From Spirochaetia bacterium (GTDB lineage: Bacteria > Spirochaetota > Spirochaetia > WTKD01 > G963693115), in NCBI GenBank assembly GCA_965218205.1, contig OZ244590.1:984178-1048177 (forward strand): a DNA stretch of 64,000 nt. The letters run 5' to 3'. This document shows positions 19,920-28,708 of this stretch, in pieces; within the stretch, counting starts at the first letter, position 1; each line of letters starts with the position of its first letter. The position numbers were made by a program, and so were the translations under genes. Below the pieces are notes generated by a model that saw only the letters and a list, made by a program, of their open reading frames with translations, made no database searches and was not told the DNA's origin.

Positions 19920-20216
19920 CTAGTACTGCTTCGTTGTTTTTGTTTGATTGGAGTTGTAATTCAAAAAATTCTGTTCTAGCTCTAAAGCGTTAGAAACAGC
20001 AGAGGAAGAGTTTATAATTTGATGTAATGTATTAAAAATGAGTTCAAGTTCTTTTTCTGTTGTGTTTATTTTCTTTATCAGGGTGTTTATGGTAAAAATA
20101 CTAATAACAATGAGAACGATACAAACAAAGAAAAGAAATGTGTACCAAAGGCCTTTGTGTTTATGGGATTTTTGTGGTAACATTTCATTTTGATATGAAT
20201 GATTAAAGTGTGTCAT
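19920..20216 (-). CDS. Small bitopic membrane protein
   Basis: 98 aa; a single TM ('LWYTFLFFVCIVLIVISIF') plus a coiled-coil tail; its start overlaps the folD end by 14 nt. Confidence 0.35.
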   Translation of the reverse strand: MTHFNHSYQNEMLPQKSHKHKGLWYTFLFFVCIVLIVISIFTINTLIKKINTTEKELELIFNTLHQIINSSSAVSNALELEQNFLNYNSNQTKTTKQY

Positions 20217-21135
20217 ATGCTGTATTTTGTTCTGCTAATTGCACTGTATTTTTCATAAGTGAAGCTATTGTTACTGCTCCTACTCCTCCGGGCACGGGGG
20301 TTATGTATGAGCATTTATGTTGTAGTGTGTCAAAATCGGCATCACCGACTAGTATATACTCTTTTGTTGTGTTGTGCAGTGCTTGTCCTTCTTTATCTAG
20401 GTGTATTCTGTTGATACCAACATCAATTACTACTGCATCTTTTGCTACCATATGTTCCTTTAAGAAGAAAGGTATGCCTATGGCTACAATGACAATGTGA
20501 GCCGTTGAACATATTGAGGTAATATCTTTTTCACTTGTCTTAGAGTGACACAGACTTACTGTAGCGTTTCCGTACGCTTGTTTTAATGAAAGAAGAATTG
20601 AAAGTGGCCTTCCTACAATGGAGCTTCTTCCAATGATAGCAATATGTTTTCCTTCAGTGCTAATATTATAGTACTTAAAAAATTCAATAACAGCATTTGC
20701 TGTACAAGGGATAGGTACATCAGTGGCATTTTTTTGTAATTTACCAATGTTTATTTCATGAAAGCCATCTACATCTTTTGTAGGAAGTATAGCTGATAAA
20801 ATGGCATCACTATCAATATGAGCAGGAAGTGGTAATTGTACAAGTATGCTATGTACCTTTGGATCTGTATTAAGTGTATGAATGAGCTCTACTATTTCGG
20901 AAGTTTGTGTGCTTTCAGGAAGTAATATTACATCTCCATCAATGCCTAATTCTTTACATTTTTTTGCTTTCATATGTACATATATTTTGCTAGCAGGATT
21001 GTCTCCTACTAATATTACGCGTAAACAGGGAGTAATACCTTTGTTTTTTAGCTGACTAAGTCTTGGAAGAAGGGCTTTATATATATGTTCGGCTACATCT
21101 TTGCCTTTTAGGATAGTATCATGAGTATGTGCCAT
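20203..21135 (-). CDS. folD: Bifunctional methylenetetrahydrofolate dehydrogenase/cyclohydrolase
   Basis: 310 aa; FolD pattern over the full length ('GRSSIVGRPL', 'PVPGGVGAVT'). Confidence 0.88.
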   Translation of the reverse strand: MAHTHDTILKGKDVAEHIYKALLPRLSQLKNKGITPCLRVILVGDNPASKIYVHMKAKKCKELGIDGDVILLPESTQTSEIVELIHTLNTDPKVHSILVQLPLPAHIDSDAILSAILPTKDVDGFHEINIGKLQKNATDVPIPCTANAVIEFFKYYNISTEGKHIAIIGRSSIVGRPLSILLSLKQAYGNATVSLCHSKTSEKDITSICSTAHIVIVAIGIPFFLKEHMVAKDAVVIDVGINRIHLDKEGQALHNTTKEYILVGDADFDTLQHKCSYITPVPGGVGAVTIASLMKNTVQLAEQNTAYDTL

Positions 21136-21200
21136 TTAAATATTATACTACAATATGCTATGCTTAAAGTAAAGTACAATAAAAAATATATAGAGGTGGT

Positions 21201-22433
21201 ATGAGTAGTATAGTATTAGGAGCACAATGGGGAGACGAAGGGAAAGGCAAAATAGTAGATGTGTTATCTTCACATTTTAACTGGGTGATACGTTTTTCAG
21301 GCGGAGCAAACGCTGGACACACTATTGTAAACAAGGGGGTGAAATATGTATTTCATTTATTGCCTTCGGGTATTTTACATAAAAATACACAGGTACTCTT
21401 AGGTCCTGCTACGGTTATCGATCCTGAGCAGTTATTCTATGAGTTAGAACAGCTAAGCAACGCTAATATTGATTGGAAAGGTCGAATATTTATATCTGAT
21501 AGAGCTCATCTTATACTTCCATCGTATAAAAAGGAAGATAAAAAGCTAGAAGAGAAACGAGTATATAAAATAGGAACTACCCAAAAAGGTATTGGTATTG
21601 CGTATGCTAAAAAAATGCTGAGAACGGGTATTCGTATAGCGGATATGCATGATCCTGCTATTATACGTATGCTATCTAAAAGAGACAGAGCCTTTGTAAA
21701 AAAGTATGCTTCTTTTTTGAGTAGTATTGCAGTAAATCATTACTATATTTTACAAAATTTTACTACTACTGACAAGATATTATTTGAAGGAGCACAGGGA
21801 GTACTGCTTGATTCAGATTACGGAACATATCCGTATGTCACTTCTGGACCTACTGGTATAAATGGGGTAACTACTACGGGGTTTCCTATCAAACAAGCAA
21901 AGAAAATAATTGGAGTAGCAAAGGCCTATAGTACACGGGTAGGAGAAGGTCCTTTTCCTACAGAATACCGAAAAGATGAAGCGCAATTACTTAGCCTCAT
22001 TCAAACGAGAGGAAATGAAAAAGGAAGTACTACAGGAAGATTACGTCGATGTGGACATTTAGATTTAATCAGCTTAAAATATGCCTGTAAAGTATCGTGT
22101 ATTAACTCTTTGATATTGACGCATGTTGATGTCTTGGATGTTTTTGACACAATAAAAGTATGCGTAGGATACGAAATTGAGAATGATTTTTACGACTATA
22201 CTCCTTCTAGTAAAGCAGATATGGAAGCAATACATCCTGTTATGCGAAATTTTGCAGGATGGAAAGTAGATACAAGCAATATACGGAAATGGGAACATCT
22301 CCCTAATAATGCACTTTCATTTATTTCTTTTTTAGAGTCATATCTTGAAGTACCTATTGACGCTGTTTCTGTAGGAGCGGATAGAGATCAAATGATATTT
22401 AAGGATTATCATACATTTACAGATAATTTATAA
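21201..22433 (+). CDS. purA: Adenylosuccinate synthetase
   Basis: 410 aa; 'GAQWGDEGKGK' P-loop and the PurA pattern throughout. Confidence 0.9.
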   Translation: MSSIVLGAQWGDEGKGKIVDVLSSHFNWVIRFSGGANAGHTIVNKGVKYVFHLLPSGILHKNTQVLLGPATVIDPEQLFYELEQLSNANIDWKGRIFISDRAHLILPSYKKEDKKLEEKRVYKIGTTQKGIGIAYAKKMLRTGIRIADMHDPAIIRMLSKRDRAFVKKYASFLSSIAVNHYYILQNFTTTDKILFEGAQGVLLDSDYGTYPYVTSGPTGINGVTTTGFPIKQAKKIIGVAKAYSTRVGEGPFPTEYRKDEAQLLSLIQTRGNEKGSTTGRLRRCGHLDLISLKYACKVSCINSLILTHVDVLDVFDTIKVCVGYEIENDFYDYTPSSKADMEAIHPVMRNFAGWKVDTSNIRKWEHLPNNALSFISFLESYLEVPIDAVSVGADRDQMIFKDYHTFTDNL

Positions 22434-22442
22434 ATAGAGAGA

Positions 22443-22777
22443 TGGAGGTGGCGGGAATTGAACCCGCGTCTTAAAAGGGCAAAGTAGCACCTCTACAAGT
22501 TTAGTTTGCTGTTGGTTTTTGCAAAAAACGAAATGGCAAACACATTTTTTTCTTGCTCAGTCAAATAAAGTGTCCTCTCTCAGTCTTTGACATACAGAGA
22601 GAGTAGAGTCCCTAAGTGAACAGAAAGCCGTCTAGGAACATCAACGGTTCTGTAGCAACATAGTACTATGCTGCTAAAGCTAAATTGTTATCTGCATTTA
22701 TTGCAGTGTGGTAATTAGGTTACCAATCCACTTGCCATGATACTAATACTTCTTCCAATCGAGTCCTGTTCACCCCC
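22443..22777 (-). ncRNA. ssrA: tmRNA (transfer-messenger RNA)
   Basis: Minus-strand RNA begins GGGGGUGAACAGGACUCGAU and ends with T-arm GGGUUCAAUUCCCGC plus acceptor CACCUCC-A. The acceptor 5'-GGGGGUG pairs with CACCUCC and contains a G3.U pair. Tag ORF is GCA GAU AAC AAU UUA GCU UUA GCA GCA UAG = ADNNLALAA*. smpB lies ~900 bp away. CCA is not encoded. Confidence 0.85.
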
Positions 22778-22809
22778 TTTTTTTATAGTATACTACATAC
22801 ACATATATT

Positions 22810-23670
22810 TTATAAGAAATTGAGAATATGTTCTAGTACTGTTTGTGTAGAACATGCAATAATATCTTTTTTGTTACTGGTAATAAACTCATCCCATTGA
22901 ATATCATTTCCTTGCCAATCGCATATAATTCCTTTTGCTTCTTTCACAAGAGGATATATTGCTGCTACATCCCATATATGAGTACTAGGATCAATAACAA
23001 GCTCTGCGTGAGCGGTAATAAGAAGATAGTATGCAAATGCATCTGCCCATGTTCGTGTTATTATGTTTGCGTCATGTGTAAATATATGTTGTACTAATTT
23101 TGGGGCTTTTTTATACACTTTCCCCCAATCGTAAGAAAGGTACAGTGGAGAACTATGCGTTTCTTTCTGTGCGGATAACACATGTGTTGTGAGCAATGTA
23201 TTGTTTTCCCATATGCCTTTGTCTTTTATAGCACATATAACTGTTTTGTATGTGGGAATAGATACACAGCCAATGATGGGCTGCATTATTTCAAAATCAA
23301 ACAAAGCAAGTAATGTGGTAAAAAGAGGAACACCATGAATAAAGGCTTGTGTTCCATCTATAGGATCAATAATCCAAGCATAACGATTTTTTTCATACTG
23401 TGTCTGTGTAGTAGTGTCAGTACCAAACTCTTCTCCTATAATGGTGTGCTGTGGATATTGTGTGGAAATTGCATTTCGAATTGTCTGTTCTATTTCTTTA
23501 TCAGCTATCGTAACGGGACTGTTATCTGTTTTATATGTTACTTTATGTTTATTTGAAGAGCGAAATGTATGAAAGTAGTGTAATACAGTGTCTATAGTAG
23601 ACTGTAATGTTGATTGAGCAAATTGAGCTGCTTCTCTCATATCTATGGGAGCTGTGTTGTTATTCTTCAT
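22810..23670 (-). CDS. Inositol monophosphatase family protein
   Basis: 286 aa; 'WIIDPIDGTQAF' metal-binding motif. Confidence 0.8.
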   Translation of the reverse strand: MKNNNTAPIDMREAAQFAQSTLQSTIDTVLHYFHTFRSSNKHKVTYKTDNSPVTIADKEIEQTIRNAISTQYPQHTIIGEEFGTDTTTQTQYEKNRYAWIIDPIDGTQAFIHGVPLFTTLLALFDFEIMQPIIGCVSIPTYKTVICAIKDKGIWENNTLLTTHVLSAQKETHSSPLYLSYDWGKVYKKAPKLVQHIFTHDANIITRTWADAFAYYLLITAHAELVIDPSTHIWDVAAIYPLVKEAKGIICDWQGNDIQWDEFITSNKKDIIACSTQTVLEHILNFL

Positions 23671-24146
23671 TATTTTTTTCCTCTCATCATATCTGCTGAT
23701 GCTTGTTGTGCTTCACGTTTAAGGGTGCGTTCTTTTATACTTTCTTTCTTTTGAAATAATTTTTTCCCTTTTGCTAATCCTAGTGCAATTTTTATAAGTC
23801 CATTTTTTGTATATGCTTCTATAGGAACAAGGGTAAGTCCTTTTTCATTTGTTTTTCGCTGTATTTTATGAATTTCTTGCTTATGGAGTAAGAGGGTTCT
23901 TATGCGTATTGGATCGTATGTTTCGGAAGGAGCAAAGGCATAAGGAGAAATGTGCATATGATATAACAAAACACTGTTATGCTTAGAGATACGAGCATAA
24001 CAGTCAGTGAAATTGAATTGCTTCTTTTTTATAGATTTTACTTCAAAGCCATAGAGAACTATACCGCATTCATAGGTTTCGATGATGGAATATAAAAATG
24101 TAGCTTTTTTGTTTTTTAGTAATGGTATGATTTCAGTTTTTTTCAT
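23670..24146 (-). CDS. smpB: SsrA-binding protein
   Basis: 158 aa; SmpB pattern 'GIVLYGFEVKSIK...LLLHKQEI'; co-located with the tmRNA gene. Confidence 0.88.
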   Translation of the reverse strand: MKKTEIIPLLKNKKATFLYSIIETYECGIVLYGFEVKSIKKKQFNFTDCYARISKHNSVLLYHMHISPYAFAPSETYDPIRIRTLLLHKQEIHKIQRKTNEKGLTLVPIEAYTKNGLIKIALGLAKGKKLFQKKESIKERTLKREAQQASADMMRGKK

Positions 24147-24154
24147 AGCAATCT

Positions 24155-25888
24155 TTATTTAAGAGGTACGAGGATAATACGAAAAGAAGTATACTCGCTT
24201 GCCCAATCAGGACTCATTGCGTTGTTTCTACTGAGGAAAGCATCTAAGTCTTCGTATGTTTTTATGTTCTTACTGTAGTTTCCTCCTAATACTATTTTTT
24301 CTCTTCCTAAGGCAGGGGTATAGTCTGCGTTATATTGAGGGAGAGGACTGTACCAGCTATCAGTCCATTCCCATATATCATCGTATAAAGAAAGAAGACT
24401 CGTATCAATGGTAGCTCTATCAATTTCTACATCATAGTTATTTGATCCAATATACTGTTGTGCTACTCTCCACTCAAATTCATTAGGGAGTTTTGCTCTA
24501 TATTGAATATTGTTTTCTCTGAGTACTGTATTAAACCATTGTGTATACGCATGTGCATCATACCAAGTAATATGTGTTACTGGTGAAGCATCCTCATAGG
24601 TATGATAATTAGAGAGGCTAAGATGATTATCACTATGTTCGGGACTGAGTGTTTGTGTTGAAGCAGTTTGCCAGAAAGTATTGTTTTTTAGAAATTCGAT
24701 ATACTGTTGTACGGTAACTTTTGTACTTTGCATATAAAAATTTCCACTTTGAATGGATAGGCTTTTTTTCTGATTGTTTTTTACTGCTTCCTTAAATTCT
24801 AGCACTTGAGAGTTTGCCGTATCTATAGACGATTGGTATATATCTTGGTATTCTAAGTGAGAATGAAGCGTGTATTCAAGGGGTTTATACGGAATGAAAA
24901 TAAATTCATCACCTAAAATAGATATTTTTTTTGCTCTATTTCTTTCTGATTTTATTGCTTGATTGCTGTTTGTCTGCTGTGCTTGTGTAATAGAATCAGA
25001 TATAGGGTTTGCTACATACAACTCTATCATTGTTGCCATATCTTGCATGCTTATATTGTAAGCTCCCTGTATATCAGAAAGAGGATTTTTTTCTATCACT
25101 GCTTGTTTGAGTGAAGGATGTTGTTCCATACTATCTGTAATATTTTTTTGATATACATGTTTGTTTTGTAGATAAGGAAGTGAAAAATATATGAGCTGTA
25201 ATAGTAATGTATAGCTACTCTCAGGGGGCGATAGTATGGGATCAGTATACGCTGCTTTTTCTTTGCTTGTGTCTCTATTTGTGCTTAGGAGAGGGAGTAA
25301 TTCTTCTATTGTAGTATTGAGGAGAGGAGGAATCGTATATTTTCTTGTCGATATGGTATTTGTATACGAAGCTATACGAGGGATAGTGTATTCTATTATT
25401 GCTTTTCTGTCTTGTAATGCAAGTGTACTCTGTATGCTATGACGAAATATATTTGAGAATAGAGTACGCTTATTGTATTGAATAGTGTTTGTAGTAAATC
25501 CTAATTTCTCTATACGAATACTGTGCTTGATATTTTCTATGCGTGTTGTAATAGGTGTAGCTCCAAGATAATACTCATCTATGTATACTGCTGCATTGGT
25601 AGGGGTGCTAGTAATATGTATCTTACTTGTAGTAGGATGAAAGATAAATATAAATGCTATAAATAGTATGGTTATGCATACTATAAAAAAACAAAGAGGA
25701 ATGTATACAGTAGGGTGAACACCAAAGATAGGTGTTAGTGTTACTGTATCTTCAGGAATAGGTTCATACATAGTAGAAGGCGATTTTTTTTTGAGATGTT
25801 TATGGTTATTCATAGTTGTATATGTTATACTATAACAAATTAGGGAAATAAATACAAAACATAGAATAATGGCATCGGTTGCAGACAA
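24155..25888 (-). CDS. Membrane-anchored PEGA-domain / formylglycine-generating-enzyme (SUMF1/FGE) domain protein
   Basis: N-terminal TM, a PEGA-like beta domain ('ITSTPTNAAVYIDEYYLGATP') and a C-terminal FGE-sulfatase fold ('THITWYDAHAYTQW', 'WEWTDSWY', 'GGNYS'); the start may be the internal ATG near 25813. Confidence 0.6.
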   Translation of the reverse strand: MSATDAIILCFVFISLICYSITYTTMNNHKHLKKKSPSTMYEPIPEDTVTLTPIFGVHPTVYIPLCFFIVCITILFIAFIFIFHPTTSKIHITSTPTNAAVYIDEYYLGATPITTRIENIKHSIRIEKLGFTTNTIQYNKRTLFSNIFRHSIQSTLALQDRKAIIEYTIPRIASYTNTISTRKYTIPPLLNTTIEELLPLLSTNRDTSKEKAAYTDPILSPPESSYTLLLQLIYFSLPYLQNKHVYQKNITDSMEQHPSLKQAVIEKNPLSDIQGAYNISMQDMATMIELYVANPISDSITQAQQTNSNQAIKSERNRAKKISILGDEFIFIPYKPLEYTLHSHLEYQDIYQSSIDTANSQVLEFKEAVKNNQKKSLSIQSGNFYMQSTKVTVQQYIEFLKNNTFWQTASTQTLSPEHSDNHLSLSNYHTYEDASPVTHITWYDAHAYTQWFNTVLRENNIQYRAKLPNEFEWRVAQQYIGSNNYDVEIDRATIDTSLLSLYDDIWEWTDSWYSPLPQYNADYTPALGREKIVLGGNYSKNIKTYEDLDAFLSRNNAMSPDWASEYTSFRIILVPLK

Positions 25889-26882
25889 AAAAACACATAT
25901 ATTAAAGCAATTTTCAACATTTCTTGTTGTAAAAGTAGAAGCGTTTCTTTCTCGAAGAAAAACAAAAAAGCGTATTGCAAAGATAAAACAAAAGAAGCGT
26001 GGGGTGTTACGAGATTGGTTATACTCTTTTTTATGGGCTGCTGGGGTGGTACTTATACTAAATCAATATATTTTACAGGGGTATCGTATTCCATCTGGTT
26101 CAATGATTCCCACTTTACTGCTACAAGATAGAATATTTGTAAATAAACTACAATATGGTCCAGAGCTTTTACCAGGTATCTTTCGTTTACCTCGTTTGCG
26201 TTCTCCAGAAAGATTTGAAGTGGTTATTTTTGAAAGTCCCGATTATATTAGCAAAGGGACTACATTTGAAGTTCTGCAACGAATTTTGTACATGGTATCA
26301 CTGTCTCTTGTTGATATTAACCGAGATAAGCAGGGAAACCCAAAGGTACAATTTCTTATAAAACGTTTAATGGCATTGCCTGGAGATCAATTAAAAGTAG
26401 AAAATGGCACTTTATATTTTAAGTTGGCAGGTACTCATACATGGCAGGATGAAGTTACCTTGAGAAATACTTTGTATACATATAAACATTCGCATATCAA
26501 TACGCAGTATATACTTAATAATGAAAAAGAAGGAGTGAGTATTGATAAAAAGCAGTTAAGAAAGGATGTACGAACATATGTAAAAGATAGATTTTTACTG
26601 CATAAAAATATTTCTCTTTCACAAAATTATCCTCGTATAGAATTTGAGCAGGTAGTATCAAAACTATATCGAGAAGTAAACCCTTCTGTATATCATCAAA
26701 AATATTCCTATACAAAGTATTCTGAAGGATGGACTGTTCCTAACGATTACTATTTTTTTATGGGGGATAATAGAGATAATTCTCTTGATAGTAGATTTTA
26801 TGGTGCTGTCCCACAACGTAATGTATTAGGAGAGGCTTTTATTATTTATTGGCCTTTCTCTCGATTTTCAAGAATAGAGTAA
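25869..26882 (+). CDS. lepB: Signal peptidase I
   Basis: Boxes B 'IPSGSMIPTL', D 'KRLMALPGD' and E 'GDNRDNSLDSRFYG' are all present. Confidence 0.85.
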   Translation: MASVADKKTHILKQFSTFLVVKVEAFLSRRKTKKRIAKIKQKKRGVLRDWLYSFLWAAGVVLILNQYILQGYRIPSGSMIPTLLLQDRIFVNKLQYGPELLPGIFRLPRLRSPERFEVVIFESPDYISKGTTFEVLQRILYMVSLSLVDINRDKQGNPKVQFLIKRLMALPGDQLKVENGTLYFKLAGTHTWQDEVTLRNTLYTYKHSHINTQYILNNEKEGVSIDKKQLRKDVRTYVKDRFLLHKNISLSQNYPRIEFEQVVSKLYREVNPSVYHQKYSYTKYSEGWTVPNDYYFFMGDNRDNSLDSRFYGAVPQRNVLGEAFIIYWPFSRFSRIE

Positions 26883-26886
26883 TACT

Positions 26887-27546
26887 ATGGAAACGAGATA
26901 TTATGTACAAAAAAGAAAAAGTTTTCTAAAAAGAATACTATATGTATATTTGTTTCTTATCATTACTCGTATCTTAGTTGTTGAGTTTGGTGTTCAAATA
27001 GTGCAACAAAAAAATACAGTGAGCAGTCCTTTATTTTCTAACGATAAGAATGCTAAAATACTTACTCTATCTTCACCTTATACTTTTTCATTATTTGGCT
27101 TCATTACTATGATGAGATCCCCGCCACCTCAGAAAGGAGATATTGTACTTATTGAATCTATGGATTATAAAAATCAAAACATAGGAAAGAAAATAGTGTT
27201 CTCTTTTCTTGAGATATGTACTGTAGGAATTATCAAGCAACAGAAATACACGTTTGTGAAAGTAGTGGGAGTATCATCTCAAACAATATATTATTCTGCT
27301 AAAACTGTTTTTGAAAGTAAGCAAGAAGCAGAGCAAGCAGGTGGGGATATTCCATTTTTTGATATGATAACAAATGTAACATTATCAGACGATGAAGTGT
27401 TTGTTATGGGAAACAAAGAGTATTCTGTTGATAGTCGTATGTTTGGTGCAATGAAAGTGTCAGATATAAAAGGAAAGGCTGCTTTCCTTTTAGCGCCTTA
27501 TTGGAAGCGTATTGGATTAGTAGCAAAAGATACTTCACTTCGCTGA
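26887..27546 (+). CDS. Signal peptidase I-like paralog, probably catalytically degenerate
   Basis: S26-like boxes C/D/E ('KGDIVLIES', 'VFVMGNKEYSVDSRMFG') but no SGSM catalytic Ser box; N-terminal TM anchor. Confidence 0.45.
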   Translation: METRYYVQKRKSFLKRILYVYLFLIITRILVVEFGVQIVQQKNTVSSPLFSNDKNAKILTLSSPYTFSLFGFITMMRSPPPQKGDIVLIESMDYKNQNIGKKIVFSFLEICTVGIIKQQKYTFVKVVGVSSQTIYYSAKTVFESKQEAEQAGGDIPFFDMITNVTLSDDEVFVMGNKEYSVDSRMFGAMKVSDIKGKAAFLLAPYWKRIGLVAKDTSLR

Positions 27547-28616
27547 TGGGAAAGTGGAAATCATTATTTATTCCAATATTTTTATCATCCCGTTCGCTTG
27601 AGTGTCTTATACAAGATGCTCATACATTTGTAAATCGTTGGAGTGCACAGTGTTCTCAAGTACAAAACATATATGTTCTTATATACATACAAGAACATAT
27701 AGAGCATAATATATACACACATGATATACAAGAAGCTATGAAAGGTATATTACAATCTCTCTGTAATAGCTGTCCTTTATTAGAAGAATGTAGTGTTGAA
27801 ATCAAGTTTTCTTCTCATGCTGTAAAACATATGTCTGCTTTTGCACAAACAAAGTGTGTATATCATATTATTGAGCTTTGTTCACACCTATCGTTAAATC
27901 ATATACATATCTTTTTTCGTTTTATTTTGTATGACATGTTGTTTCGATGGCTGTATCAGCATAATTACTTGAGTGCAATACATAATGCTTTTACATTGTT
28001 TTCTGTACATACATATAGTTACGCTTTGGAGCTAACGGCAAACAATGTTAGCACTGCTCTTTCAACATTGGCATCGTATGATATGTATACGAAGATAAAG
28101 CATATTTCTGTTGATTGGGGATCTATATCGTATGATGCTGGTAATGCAAAAGAAAGAGTATCTATCGTACAGAAAGCACAGGAGTTTGGGTTCATATCGT
28201 ATCAATATTGGCATTTCTATAGAGAAGAGAAAAAATATAGTTCGGGATACCTTGATAGTTGTTACTATATGCTTCCCTATTTAGGTATAAAATATAATAA
28301 AGGAAGAAAAAAGACAGTATCATGGATGCAAGGAAAAAAAGAAAGCACTCATTCTTTTTTTTCATCAGCAATAGGCACATATACAGATTTTTTGAAATGG
28401 AGAAAGATAAGTGCATGGGAAGAATTATCTCTTCGTTGTATAAATAGTAGTTATGGCATTGTATATATACCTCATTATCTGTGCCATGTACTAGGAAATA
28501 GTGAATTACAATTATTTAAGAAAAAGGAAGGGTTTCGAGTAATTGTAGATGAAGATAGTATGCCATATCATGGGAGAAATGATTATATACATAACGGAGA
28601 ATTTTGGAGTCGTTAG
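27546..28616 (+). CDS. Hypothetical Cys/His-rich protein
   Basis: ~356 aa from ATG 27546, which overlaps the upstream stop; many Cys/His residues; no recognisable family. Confidence 0.4.
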   Translation: MGKWKSLFIPIFLSSRSLECLIQDAHTFVNRWSAQCSQVQNIYVLIYIQEHIEHNIYTHDIQEAMKGILQSLCNSCPLLEECSVEIKFSSHAVKHMSAFAQTKCVYHIIELCSHLSLNHIHIFFRFILYDMLFRWLYQHNYLSAIHNAFTLFSVHTYSYALELTANNVSTALSTLASYDMYTKIKHISVDWGSISYDAGNAKERVSIVQKAQEFGFISYQYWHFYREEKKYSSGYLDSCYYMLPYLGIKYNKGRKKTVSWMQGKKESTHSFFSSAIGTYTDFLKWRKISAWEELSLRCINSSYGIVYIPHYLCHVLGNSELQLFKKKEGFRVIVDEDSMPYHGRNDYIHNGEFWSR

Positions 28617-28708
28617 ATGGTATTGCATAGAAAGAAATAAAAACACAATAATAGTGTATTGTGTTATAATAAACATGATATAATACATAATAATAAAAGG
28701 AGATGTAT

